A stretch of 64,000 nt of DNA from an uncultured delta proteobacterium (GTDB lineage Bacteria; Myxococcota_A; Polyangia; Polyangiales; Polyangiaceae), in contig CAVOKF010000003.1 in the NCBI GenBank assembly GCA_963696385.1, positions 765,896 through 829,895 on the forward strand, read 5' to 3'. Under the pieces are notes generated by a model, which was not told the origin of the DNA, made no database searches, and saw only the letters and a list, made by a program, of their open reading frames with translations. Positions 9,699 to 19,684 of the stretch are shown piece after piece. Each line of letters begins with the position of its first letter. Positions within the stretch are counted from its first letter, which is position 1. The position numbers were made by a program, and so were the translations under genes.

Positions 9699-10826
9699 TC
9701 ACGCCCCTGCGACAGACAGACGCCGCCGCACTGCCGCACACGGTCTCTCCACCAGGCGATACATGGTCCACGAGATCGCGAACGACACGAGCAACGCCAC
9801 GACGGCGCGCGAAACGCCGCCCAATCGAGAATGCTGCTCGACGGCCGCCAATACGACTTGGTGCACGAGGTACAGAGAATACGACAGCGTGCCTACAAAC
9901 TTCATCGGGCGCCAATTGAGCGGTCGAAAGATCGACCAATGAGGAAAGCGTACGGACGCCACGAATACCGGCGTAAGGGCGATGCCCTGAAGGCTGTAAC
10001 GAACGGTCTCGCGAAAATCGCCGGATCGGACGACGAACGTCAGGATCAGCACGCCGAGACTCCCGACGAGAAGGGCGAGACGTCGCCACGCGGATATGCG
10101 AGCGTCCTTGTCGACTACGTCGAGGGCGGGATTGTTCCAGACCGCGAGGGCGCTCCCGAACAGGATCGAGTCCACGCGCGTGTCGGAACAGATGTAGGTG
10201 CGGTCCACCCTGGCTTGAAAGAGCAGGACCAGCGCACACCGCCACGCAAGAACCGCCGCGCACGCTCCCCAAAAGCAAGCCGCCTTCTGCGAGCCCGTGA
10301 GCCGCAAGCGGCCGAGCAAAAGAAACGCCGCGGGGAAGAGCAGGTAGAAGTGCTCCTCGACAGCGAGCGACCAGTAGACGCCGGTGCCCGCAGCGATGCC
10401 GCTCCACCCGTGGAAGGCGAGCCAGTAGTTGGAAACGTGAAGGACCTGCGCGGCCACCGGCAAGATCTGGGGCGGGGGGTCGGAATGGACAAAGCCGGCC
10501 TTGCCCAGCCCGGTTGCTCCGAGCAGTACGATGTAAAAGGGCGGGAGGATTCGGAGCGCCCGCCGCAAGTAAAAGTGATCTAGCCTCACGCGTCCGGTCG
10601 TCTCGGCCTCGATCCGCATGAGCGTCGTAATCAAATAGCCGCTCAGGAAAAAGAAGACCGTTACGCCGAAGCCGCCGGGAATCTGGGAAAGCCCCGCGTG
10701 CGCAAGGAACACGGCGAAGAACGAAGCGGCGCGCAATCCATCCAGCGACGGGATGTGAAGCGCGGGCCGTGGGGGACCTGCCACCGCCTTCGGCTGCACC
10801 GTAGGAGGCAAACCCACCGCGGCCAT
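9699..10826 (-). CDS. Acyltransferase family 3 (OafA-like) membrane O-acyltransferase
   Basis: LDGLRA, GVTVFFFLSGYLIT, RRALRILP, WSLAVEEHFY, SYSLYLVH. Start uncertain (ATG 10826 chosen). Confidence 0.92.
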   Translation of the reverse strand: MAAVGLPPTVQPKAVAGPPRPALHIPSLDGLRAASFFAVFLAHAGLSQIPGGFGVTVFFFLSGYLITTLMRIEAETTGRVRLDHFYLRRALRILPPFYIVLLGATGLGKAGFVHSDPPPQILPVAAQVLHVSNYWLAFHGWSGIAAGTGVYWSLAVEEHFYLLFPAAFLLLGRLRLTGSQKAACFWGACAAVLAWRCALVLLFQARVDRTYICSDTRVDSILFGSALAVWNNPALDVVDKDARISAWRRLALLVGSLGVLILTFVVRSGDFRETVRYSLQGIALTPVFVASVRFPHWSIFRPLNWRPMKFVGTLSYSLYLVHQVVLAAVEQHSRLGGVSRAVVALLVSFAISWTMYRLVERPCAAVRRRLSVAGA

Positions 10827-11231
10827 CGCCGCGGCGTATACCCTGGCCTCGGACGAGCCGCCACGACCCCAAGCCCACACGCTTGGAAGATTCGCAGAGC
10901 CCGCTGATGGCCATCTCTCGACACGGTATATCGCGATCGGGCCGGCATCGACAAAGCCCGCCCCCATGCGATCACCAGACCGCTCATCGACGGCGCAGCC
11001 GCGGCGTGGATCGCACACGACGACGTCGGCATCCCGAAGCGACCGGCCGCACAGGATTCGGACGCCGGAGCGCGGCGCGAAACGTCCGGCCGCACGAGAG
11101 CGGTCAAGCCCCGTACGCGTGCCCGGACGCGCCCGCTTTCACTCGAGCGCCATCGCGTGCTACACGTCACGCTGACGCGTACGCTTTTACGCGGCTGCTA
11201 CTCGATCATCGAGGCCTTCGGGGTAGACTTC

Positions 11232-12494
11232 GTGCAGACCTTTCTGATCCGAAACCGCAATGCCGTGTTCGGCGCCGCACTGGCCATCCTCGCACCGGGA
11301 TGCAGCTCCGGGGGCCATGGATCGCCTTCCATCGCCACCGGCCATGCACATACGGACTCCGGCACCGGCGGAACTTCATCGGTCTCGTCCAGCAGTTCCG
11401 CTGGAAGTTCGGGCACCGGCGGTGCTGACTCCGGTACCATCTCGGACGGCGGACCGGGGCCTGAGGATGGCGCCGACGGCGGCGCCGAGGCCGCAGTGGA
11501 GACCGAGGCGGGGACCGAGGCGGGGACCGAGGCGGGGATCCCGGTCGGCGACAGCGGCCCGGATGCCGCGAGCTGCCAGACGAAAGGTGCCGGCCTGAAC
11601 GACTGTGGACCGGCCAGCGAGAGCTGCTGCACGAGCCTGGGGGTGCCTGGGGGCACCTACGCTCGGACCTACACGAACAGCGGCACCGGGGCGACGGGCT
11701 TGGCGGACGGGGCAACGGTCAGTGCGTTCCGGCTGGACAAGTACCTCGTGACCGTGGCTCGCTTTCGGCAGTTCGTGACCTACTTGACCGGCAGCGCGGG
11801 CGCGCCACCGGCTAACGGCAGTGGCATTCACACGCACCTGAATGGGGGCAGCGGTTTGGCCAACGCCGCGGCACCGGGGACCTACGAGACGGGATGGGAC
11901 GCCACGGATTGGAATGCCGACATCGCAACGGGGGCGGGCGCAATCGGCACGTGGAACACGAATCTGGCGTGCGGTCCATTCAGCACCTGGACGAGCGCGG
12001 CGGGGAGCCAGGAGACGCTGCCGATCAGTTGCGTGAACTGGTACGAGGCGTACGCGTTCTGCATTTGGGACGGCGGTTTCCTGCCCAGTGAGGCAGAATG
12101 GGAATACGTCGCGGCCGGGGGGAGCCAACAGTTGGAGTATCCCTGGGGTTCCACGGCTCCGGGGACGGGGACGCAGTACGCGATCTACGACTGCAACTAC
12201 GGGGCATGTACGAACGCATTGAACAGCATCGCACCCGTGGGAACGGCGACGCTGGGGCTTGCCAGCTGCGGTCAGCTCGATATGGCCGGCGAAGTTTGGG
12301 AGTGGAACCTGGATTGGGACCTCACCTATGTCGACCCTTGCACGGATTGCGCCTATCTCACCGCAACCTCTTACCGCGTGATCCGGGGCGGCGATTTCTT
12401 CGACGGCGCAATGAACTTCCTGCCCCCATCCCGCAGCGGCGACCCCCCAACGACACGCACGAACATCGGGATTCGTTGCGCCAGGACGCCCTGA
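11232..12494 (+). CDS. Formylglycine-generating enzyme (SUMF1/FGE-sulfatase) domain lipoprotein
   Basis: Signal with LAPGC lipobox and Ser/Gly-rich linker; FRLDKYLVTV, LPSEAEWEY, YPWG, DMAGEVWEW, RGG...GIRCAR. Start uncertain. Confidence 0.85.
   Translation: MQTFLIRNRNAVFGAALAILAPGCSSGGHGSPSIATGHAHTDSGTGGTSSVSSSSSAGSSGTGGADSGTISDGGPGPEDGADGGAEAAVETEAGTEAGTEAGIPVGDSGPDAASCQTKGAGLNDCGPASESCCTSLGVPGGTYARTYTNSGTGATGLADGATVSAFRLDKYLVTVARFRQFVTYLTGSAGAPPANGSGIHTHLNGGSGLANAAAPGTYETGWDATDWNADIATGAGAIGTWNTNLACGPFSTWTSAAGSQETLPISCVNWYEAYAFCIWDGGFLPSEAEWEYVAAGGSQQLEYPWGSTAPGTGTQYAIYDCNYGACTNALNSIAPVGTATLGLASCGQLDMAGEVWEWNLDWDLTYVDPCTDCAYLTATSYRVIRGGDFFDGAMNFLPPSRSGDPPTTRTNIGIRCARTP
11501..11536 (+). 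repeat. 12-bp tandem repeat x3 (GACCGAGGCGGG) encoding a TEAG linker repeat
   Basis: Read directly from sequence. Confidence 0.9.
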
Positions 12495-13118
12495 CGGATT
12501 CGTCGCGCGAGTTGTGACCGCATCGCTGTCCGCGCCTCCAAATCGGAACGCTTCGTGCCGGAAAAGGCGCGATCTTCATCGGGCGACGACGCGGACGTCC
12601 CGTCGCTCGGCGGCGTCGGCGATGCGGTGCGCACCGTGAGGAAATGGGTTTACCGTTAGGGCGCGTCGGCCCGCAAGGAGCCACATCGCGACCCCTCCGC
12701 CTACAGTCCCGGCCCGGCCGAGCGACGTGGCGGAGTGACGTCGAGCCCTGACGTTGCGCGCCTTTGCGCGCCCTCACTTGCATTCGGCGCAGACGTGACC
12801 CCCTCTCGGTCCTGTCCGGGTAACCAACGACATCCCTTCCCATCGGCCCCTCTCTCGAACCCAGGACGCCGCCACCGTCTCCGGTCTTCAGCCGACCGTC
12901 GTTTGAATTAACGACTGAATGAATGTGGCCGTACCACGTGCGAACCAAAGGCACGTACGCCCGGCAGGCGAATCGGAATAGCCACGAACGCGCCGCCGTG
13001 GTACCGATTCGTATTGCAGAATGCCCATTCCCATGGTTGGGGGCAGCCGCACGCGCTCGTTGCAACGTAGCCCGCTGCAGACCGTGGTTGGACATCGACC
13101 CCATTGAGAGCACATATC

Positions 13119-14465
13119 ATGAATCCCATTGCAAAGGCGTCCGCTTGGGTCTCTTTGGTTGCGGGGTGTGGCGGAGATCCCTCTGCGGCTGTTCCTGCGA
13201 AGACCGCGACCCAAAGCGCCGATTCGGGATCGCCTTCCTCGGTGGCCGCCCGACTCGCGTCTCCGAGCTCCGGTGTGTCCTATGACTCTGGCGTCGCACA
13301 CGCCGCAGCGAGCGGATCGACTTCCGTGCCGAGCCCATCGGCACCGTTCGTTCCCCCGACATGTCCGGTCGATGGCGGACTGGGTGGTGCCACAGGTGCG
13401 ACGCCGACGCTCACGGCGGGTATGTGGGCCACGATCAGCCCCCCTTCCGTTAGCTTTCCCGGCGCGGGCAGCGACTCCGTCTTTACGCAGGGAATGGCGC
13501 TGGATCCGTGCAATCCCTACACTGTCTACGTGACGGTCGGTGGCTTCAACACCTCTACGTTTGCGGCCGTTCCGGGCGGGCTCTTCCGCACCACCGATGG
13601 CGGGTCGACTTGGACGACGCTCGGGCACTTCCAATCTCCCATCAACATCCGCATCGATCCGGGAAACCCGGCGCACATGTACCTATGTGACGGAGTCCGA
13701 GGAAGCACCAATGGCTTTTGGGTCAGCACCGACGGCGGACAGACCTGGGCCATGCCGGCCGGCTTCCAATCGGTCGCTCAATCGCTCAACGATTTCGATG
13801 TTTACCACATCGATGTGGATCCGTCGGATTTCAGCCATGTGCTAATTACGTTTCATTGGTATTGGAACAGCGGCAGCGATTTTGGATTCGGGGCCGATAA
13901 CTCGGGGGTCCTCGAGAGCTCCGATGGCGGCAACACGTGGACCACGCACAATCCAAACGCTGCCTGGGCTGGAACGGGCGGGTACGATGTCTTCTTCTTG
14001 TACAATCCCGCGTTGGGAATCGGAGACAAGAACACCTGGTTGTTTGGAACGCAGGGGGCAGGCTTTTGGCGCACTACCGACGCCGGCACGACGTGGACGC
14101 AAGTGTCCACGAACAATATGCAGCACGGTGGGGGCACGATCTATTACACAGCTTCGGGCGCTCTGTACGTGTCCGGTACGCCCCACATTCTTCTCAGCAT
14201 GGACAACGGGCAGACCTGGACGGCCGTGGCGCCCCTGAGCGGCTACTCGAGCGTCATCGGCGATGGGACTACCCTTTACACCGGCGCGTACATCGGTCCT
14301 ATGTCGTATCTCGCGGCTCCCGAGAGCACGGGCACGGTTTGGACCAACGCGGGCACCCAACAGTTCATCAACGGGCCGTTCCAGATGGCTTTCGATTCGA
14401 CGCACCGAATTCTTTACGCCGCAAGCTGGAATGCCGGATTGTTGGCGCTTAAAGTCACGCCCTAG
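13119..14465 (+). CDS. Secreted lipoprotein with BNR/Asp-box repeats (beta-propeller; sialidase/GH74-like fold)
   Basis: LVAGC lipobox; repeated (S/T)xDGGxTW motifs (TTDGGSTW, STDGGQTW, SSDGGNTW, TTDAGTTW, SMDNGQTW). Confidence 0.8.
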   Translation: MNPIAKASAWVSLVAGCGGDPSAAVPAKTATQSADSGSPSSVAARLASPSSGVSYDSGVAHAAASGSTSVPSPSAPFVPPTCPVDGGLGGATGATPTLTAGMWATISPPSVSFPGAGSDSVFTQGMALDPCNPYTVYVTVGGFNTSTFAAVPGGLFRTTDGGSTWTTLGHFQSPINIRIDPGNPAHMYLCDGVRGSTNGFWVSTDGGQTWAMPAGFQSVAQSLNDFDVYHIDVDPSDFSHVLITFHWYWNSGSDFGFGADNSGVLESSDGGNTWTTHNPNAAWAGTGGYDVFFLYNPALGIGDKNTWLFGTQGAGFWRTTDAGTTWTQVSTNNMQHGGGTIYYTASGALYVSGTPHILLSMDNGQTWTAVAPLSGYSSVIGDGTTLYTGAYIGPMSYLAAPESTGTVWTNAGTQQFINGPFQMAFDSTHRILYAASWNAGLLALKVTP

Positions 14466-14576
14466 AGCCGCGTGCGACATTCAACCGTGAGCCCTGTGAA
14501 CGACCTCTGACGCGCGGCGGCAGCCGGCCGTTCGACCGAGTTCGACGACGTCGTACGCCGCCGGCCGGGCTGCGAC

Positions 14577-15914
14577 TCAATCGTCCGCACTGAGCCACGG
14601 GAAACTGAAGATCGCATCCGACTGCACGGGTTCGTTGCCGCTAAAGGTGTAGCAATCCTGGTACCAAATGTAAAAGGAGCCACCCGAGTACACGAGTCCG
14701 GTGGGCACTGCGTTTCCCGCATCCGAAAGCGCAGGATAGACAGCGCTCGCCGGATTCCAAGTCGCCCCGTTGTCCCGAGAGACCACGACGTACTGCGGCC
14801 CGAGCGTGGCCAGAAGGCCGCCGGGAAGCTCCACGGGATGAGCGGTGGTGATCGCGCCAGGGTCGGTGGTCACGTTGTCCACCCACGTGGCGCCGTCCGA
14901 AGTTCCTTTCGCCATTCCGCCCCCGGTGGGACTCGCCCAGTAGATCGATCCATCCGACGCCCACAAGGGCGCGCTTGCCCCGCCACTGGATGTAACGATA
15001 CCCCAATGCATGCCACCGTCCGTCGTCCGATATACGCCGCCCTTCGTGCACCCGACGAGGTAGACTGTGGGACTGATGACTAGGGGGTATGTGCAGGAAA
15101 TGGCAGGCAGACTCGCACCGACGTTGTTCCAGGTATTTCCGCCGTCCGTTGATAGATAGAGGGCCTGCTGTCCCATTGTTTCGTGACCCCCGGCAAGAAG
15201 CGTGTTCCGATCGGAACCGGAAAAATCGACGCTGACCAGATCGCTGCCCAACGCCAGAGGCGTGTTCGCAGTGTTGGTGCCGAGCCCGGTGAATGTGTTC
15301 CCACCGTCCGTGGTGATGTACACGGCATAGCCGTTTGCATAGATTCCAGATTCCCAATATTGAAGCGGGTTCACGGGATCGTAAACGAGGGCCGTTGGCC
15401 GATTCGTGATGCACTCGGAGTCCGGGGGCATGGCCGACGAGCACACGGCCGCGTTGCCCATGTCCAGCTCAGACCAGCCGCCTCCATCGGGGTCGCCGTT
15501 GGGGCTGCTGCTTGCCCAGAGTCCGTTGTCCGCAATGCCGGCGATCACGAGATTCTCGTTGGGGTTCGTGAAGACGGTCTGCACGGTTCCGCACACCGAA
15601 GGCATGCCCGCGAGCTCCCCTGTAACGTTTACCCACATGCCGGGCAGCGGCATCGCGCTGACCGTCGTGTCTCCGCCGGTAGAGCTCTCGATCTCGGCGT
15701 CTCCGCCGGCAGAGCTCTCGATCTCGGCGTCTCCGCCGGCTGCCGCATCCGAGTCGCCCGCGTTGAGGTCAATGACGCAGCCCGCGCCGAGCGCCCAGAC
15801 CAACGAGCTGAACACCGCAGCGCCCAGGCGCTGGCGCGCTTGCCTTCCCGTGCGCCCGCGATCGTCGACGTTCGGTCCGAGCGAAGGGTTCATGCCTCGT
15901 CTCCAGAGGCTCAT
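14577..15914 (-). CDS. Secreted lipoprotein with BNR/Asp-box repeats
   Basis: LGAGC lipobox; TTDGGNTF, STDGGNTW, TTDGGMHW, SRDNGATW. Start uncertain. Confidence 0.78.
   Translation of the reverse strand: MSLWRRGMNPSLGPNVDDRGRTGRQARQRLGAAVFSSLVWALGAGCVIDLNAGDSDAAAGGDAEIESSAGGDAEIESSTGGDTTVSAMPLPGMWVNVTGELAGMPSVCGTVQTVFTNPNENLVIAGIADNGLWASSSPNGDPDGGGWSELDMGNAAVCSSAMPPDSECITNRPTALVYDPVNPLQYWESGIYANGYAVYITTDGGNTFTGLGTNTANTPLALGSDLVSVDFSGSDRNTLLAGGHETMGQQALYLSTDGGNTWNNVGASLPAISCTYPLVISPTVYLVGCTKGGVYRTTDGGMHWGIVTSSGGASAPLWASDGSIYWASPTGGGMAKGTSDGATWVDNVTTDPGAITTAHPVELPGGLLATLGPQYVVVSRDNGATWNPASAVYPALSDAGNAVPTGLVYSGGSFYIWYQDCYTFSGNEPVQSDAIFSFPWLSADD
15669..15740 (-). repeat. 30-bp tandem repeat (about 2.4 copies) encoding GGDAEIESS(A/T)
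   Basis: GTCTCCGCCGG(T/C)AGAGCTCTCGATCTCGGC repeated within the lipoprotein linker. Confidence 0.9.
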
Positions 15915-15966
15915 TGTACACGTTGCGTACCGTGGCGCGACCGCTCGACCGTCACGGGGGGGAGAC

Positions 15967-17460
15967 TTACTCCACGGGCATTTCGAAGGAGAGCGCGTAG
16001 TTGTACTGAGGCAACCTCGAGTCGTACCCCACGAGAGGGTCCGAATCGCGCAACTGGCCGATGCGCCCGGTGGCCAGTCCGCCGAGCGAACCTATCCCGT
16101 CCTGGGTGACAGCATAACGCACGACCAGATCGGTCGCCGCCGGCGCGGTCGCCAGGTGAATGAGTATGGAGTCGTCCTTTATCGCGACGGAGTCGATCGC
16201 CAGTTCGCCTTCCCGGCCCTCGACCTCAAAGCCTCTGCCTTTGGACCACGCGGAGTGCAACGTCTGGTGCGGGGCCGGCATTCGCTCGTCCCATACGAGG
16301 GGCGGAACGGGAACGTGAAATTTCACCGTGATGACGCTGGCGCGCCGGACGGCCGCGGTTGGTTGTAGCGGTTGCCAGCGTCGACCGAGAACCACCCGCT
16401 CGTAGTACACTTCCGCGTATTTCTCGCCGAGCTGATCGTAACCATTCGCGATCAGATGAAGGTGATCGCTCGCGTAAGGGTACTGATACTTGGGGCCCAC
16501 GCACACGATGTCGCCGCCATGGTCGACGCCGATCTTCCACTGCGCGATCAGCGACGACGCCTTCGAGTCGTCGCCGGGACGCGTTTGCTGCTGCGTCAAA
16601 AGAAGCGGAATCCTCGTCTTCTGGCCGGTGATGGCCCGGATGTCCGTGTTGAAGTCGGCGAGAAGCCGCGCGACGTCGCTCTCGTACTCGTCGTCATTGC
16701 CGTCGGTTTCGCCGTGGGTCAAGACGATCGCGGCAACGCCGTATGATTTGCCGGCGGTCGACGCGAGACGCTTGAGCGCCGCGACCTCGAAGAGGGCCGC
16801 GGCGTACGCGTGCCCGGTCGTCGACGTTACGATCGCACCTTTGTCAATCGCATGGATCCCTTGACCGGATTCGCCGACGACCGTGTGCACCGTGACGTAA
16901 TCGCCTCGTCCGGCATTCGCGTAGAGAAACGAAATTTGGTCCGCCATCGCGGTGTGGGGCGTCTCTCCGTAGATATTGAACGGGTAGGCACTCGGGTAGC
17001 GTGTCGCCTCTCGACGAATGGGCTCGACGAGTGGAACGAGCGACAGCGCCGGCGCATTCGCGTCATACGGCGGGCTATCGAAATCGCTACCGCCGAGCGA
17101 CAGCTTCAAGTTCTTGAAGTGCTGCGTCTTCATGGTTACGTCGCGTGCCTCGGCTCCGACCGAAAGACTCTGACCGGTCCCGATCACGCCGTTCCAATCC
17201 CAAGCCGGAGGTGCGGCTTCCCGATCCGCCGTTCCTCCAATCGATTGGCTATCGTGAACCCGCCCGCGCGGTTCTTGACGTTGCCAACACCCGGCAAGCC
17301 CAGTAAGGCTCAGCGCGGCAAGAGCTGCGACGCGGAGCGCGATATTGGAGCGAAGCTGGCCAGTTCGTCTCCGACACACGTCGAGCGGGCCAACCTCACC
17401 GTTCGTCCGACATCGACAGGAGGCAACACCTCTCACGCTCATGAGCATAGGGGATAGCAT
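15967..17460 (-). CDS. Secreted SGNH-like carbohydrate esterase (CE6/sialate O-acetylesterase-like) lipoprotein
   Basis: LAGC lipobox, GQSL, HGETD and DHLHL motifs. True start is probably downstream of 17460. Confidence 0.6.
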   Translation of the reverse strand: MLSPMLMSVRGVASCRCRTNGEVGPLDVCRRRTGQLRSNIALRVAALAALSLTGLAGCWQRQEPRGRVHDSQSIGGTADREAAPPAWDWNGVIGTGQSLSVGAEARDVTMKTQHFKNLKLSLGGSDFDSPPYDANAPALSLVPLVEPIRREATRYPSAYPFNIYGETPHTAMADQISFLYANAGRGDYVTVHTVVGESGQGIHAIDKGAIVTSTTGHAYAAALFEVAALKRLASTAGKSYGVAAIVLTHGETDGNDDEYESDVARLLADFNTDIRAITGQKTRIPLLLTQQQTRPGDDSKASSLIAQWKIGVDHGGDIVCVGPKYQYPYASDHLHLIANGYDQLGEKYAEVYYERVVLGRRWQPLQPTAAVRRASVITVKFHVPVPPLVWDERMPAPHQTLHSAWSKGRGFEVEGREGELAIDSVAIKDDSILIHLATAPAATDLVVRYAVTQDGIGSLGGLATGRIGQLRDSDPLVGYDSRLPQYNYALSFEMPVE

Positions 17461-17531
17461 CGCCCCCGTACCGGGCCGCCGGCCTATTCCCGATGCGGTC
17501 GGCGACGCTCACCAGGAAACGCCGCAGCGTA

Positions 17532-18701
17532 TCATTGCGCGTTCGCCTCACACGCGTCACGCAGGGCTTGGCTGACGTACACTTGCTCGTCATCGGTCAT
17601 CTGCGGGAAGAGTGGCAAGATGATGCGTCGGTCCTGGGCGCGCTCGGAATGGGGAAGCCAGTAAGAATCCCCGCGTCGGTACGGCGCTTCCCTGTGCGAA
17701 CACATGATGCCCCGACGACTCGCAATCCCGCGATCCAGTAGAGCCTGCATGATGGTCCGTTGGTCGCAGTGACTCGGTAGCTCGACCCAGAAGCTCTGCC
17801 AATTGGAGCGTGCCCAGGCTGGCTCGAAGGGGAGGCCAAGACCTTCGACGTCGGCGAGAAGCTCGCGATATCGATCGGCGAGGCGTCGACGCGTCATCAC
17901 AATCTCGGGTAGCCGCTCCAGCTGAACCCGCCCCACCGCCGCCTGGATGTCGGTCATCCGATAGTTGAACCCAAGCACCGAGTGTTCCTCGAACACGACC
18001 TCGTCGGCGCCGTGTCGAACCCGATCGCTGACACTCATTCCATGCTGGCGAAGAAGGCGAAAGAGTTCGTCGTGACGCGCATGATTCGTCGTAAGCATAC
18101 CTCCGTCACCCGTGCTAATCACCTTACGCGGGTGAAATGAAAATGTGGCGATGTCGGCGTGCGGACGTCCAACTCGCTCAACGACGCCGTCGAATACGAA
18201 CTCGCTGCCGCTCGCGCAGGCCGCATCTTCGACTACGGGCAGGCCGTGCTTGGCGGCGACCGCGACGATCGCCGGAACGTCGCATGGCATACCCATCTGG
18301 TGGACGCAGAGAACGCTGCGCGTCTTAGGCGTGATTGCGCGCTCGATCAGAGCCGGATCCATGTTGCTCGTCGCCGCATCCACGTCAATGAACACGGGTT
18401 GTGCGCCGCAGTACCGGACGCTGTTCGCCGTCGCGATGTACGAGTGGCTGACCGTGATCACTTCGTCACCCGGCTCGACGCCCACGGCGAGCAGAGCCAG
18501 GTGCAGTGCCGTCGTGCAATTCGATACGGCGCACGCATGGCGCGCGCCGACAAATGCGGCGAACTCACGTTCGAAAGCGGCTACCTCGGGCCCCTGCGTG
18601 AGCCAGCCGGACATAATGGGCCGCCGGGCAGCGTCGGCTTCCGCCTCCCCGGTAACGGGTCTGGCAAGCGGAATGCTGCGGGGCGGCCGAGGCCGACTCA
18701 T
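17532..18701 (-). CDS. DegT/DnrJ/EryC1/StrS PLP aminotransferase
   Basis: SNCTTALHLAL, EDAACA, FSFHPRKVISTGDGG, GFNYRMTDIQAA. Confidence 0.93.
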   Translation of the reverse strand: MSRPRPPRSIPLARPVTGEAEADAARRPIMSGWLTQGPEVAAFEREFAAFVGARHACAVSNCTTALHLALLAVGVEPGDEVITVSHSYIATANSVRYCGAQPVFIDVDAATSNMDPALIERAITPKTRSVLCVHQMGMPCDVPAIVAVAAKHGLPVVEDAACASGSEFVFDGVVERVGRPHADIATFSFHPRKVISTGDGGMLTTNHARHDELFRLLRQHGMSVSDRVRHGADEVVFEEHSVLGFNYRMTDIQAAVGRVQLERLPEIVMTRRRLADRYRELLADVEGLGLPFEPAWARSNWQSFWVELPSHCDQRTIMQALLDRGIASRRGIMCSHREAPYRRGDSYWLPHSERAQDRRIILPLFPQMTDDEQVYVSQALRDACEANAQ

Positions 18702-19678
18702 GCGGATGCCCGACCCTTCTCCGAACGCCACCACGCAACGAGACGGCGCAGCCCTTCGTCGAGGCCGACCTTGGCCTCGAAACCGAGCCGGCGAGCCGCA
18801 TTTCCGACTTCTGCGAGTCGCCGCGGAACGGCGTTCACCTTGCGCGCCGGACCGTATTCCGGCTGCAAATTCGACCCCATCACCCGCAACAGAGCTATGG
18901 CCAGATCGTTCAAGCTTGTCTCAACGCCACTCGCAACGTTGAACACCTCATCGCTCAGCGTCGACTTCATGGCGAGCATGTTGGCTCGCGCGATATCCTC
19001 CACGTGTACGAAGTCCATTGTTTGGGTGCCATCGCCGAATATGAGAGGAGGCTTTCCTTCGAGAATTCGGTCCATCCAGCGAATCAACACCTCCGTGTAA
19101 GCGCCATGTATATCCATGCGCTCCCCGTATACGTTGAAGTATCGGAGTGCCAGATATTCGAGCCCGAACATATCGTTGAAGCTCCGTAGTAGGCCTTCGT
19201 TGAAGGCTTTGGCAGCCCCGTACAACGTTCGGTTGTTGTACGGATGGTGGCGCTCGGTCGTCGGAAACTCCTCAGCAAGCCCCAGAACCGATGCTGAAGA
19301 CGCGGCCACGACGCGCTTGACTCGCGCCGCCACAGCGGCTTCGAGCACGTTGAAGGTGCCGTCCACCAAGACCTCTAGCGCGAGACGCGGCTCCTCCGCA
19401 CACTGCGTAATGCGAATGGCGGCCTGGTGGAACACTTGGTCGACGCCCTGCATGACGTTCTTGAGCAGAGGGCGATCACGAATGTCACCCTCCACGATCG
19501 TCACCGGACCCCGCGTCAGGGCGGCAGCAAGATTCTCGCGACGGCCGCGCACGAAATTGTCGACAACGAGGATCTCGCCAATCGAGCCGCGTTCGCGGTC
19601 ACGAACCAAAAGGTCCACGATGTGCGATCCGATGAGGCCAGCGCCCCCCGTAACCAGAACACGCGTCGCTGAGGACAT
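18698..19678 (-). CDS. NAD-dependent nucleotide-sugar epimerase/dehydratase
   Basis: VTGGAGLIG, ASSASV, YGAAK (YxxxK), RYFNVYG. Confidence 0.92.
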   Translation of the reverse strand: MSSATRVLVTGGAGLIGSHIVDLLVRDRERGSIGEILVVDNFVRGRRENLAAALTRGPVTIVEGDIRDRPLLKNVMQGVDQVFHQAAIRITQCAEEPRLALEVLVDGTFNVLEAAVAARVKRVVAASSASVLGLAEEFPTTERHHPYNNRTLYGAAKAFNEGLLRSFNDMFGLEYLALRYFNVYGERMDIHGAYTEVLIRWMDRILEGKPPLIFGDGTQTMDFVHVEDIARANMLAMKSTLSDEVFNVASGVETSLNDLAIALLRVMGSNLQPEYGPARKVNAVPRRLAEVGNAARRLGFEAKVGLDEGLRRLVAWWRSEKGRASA

Positions 19679-19684
19679 GTGGGC

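Noticed and set aside
12358..13113. 251-aa minus-strand ORF in the intergenic gap
   Set aside because: Arg/Gly-rich non-coding-like composition, overlaps the FGE gene end, no motifs.
11232..13118. FGE-domain gene as a diversity-generating retroelement target
   Set aside because: No template-repeat copy of its 3' end is visible in the following intergenic DNA, and no reverse transcriptase is in the window.
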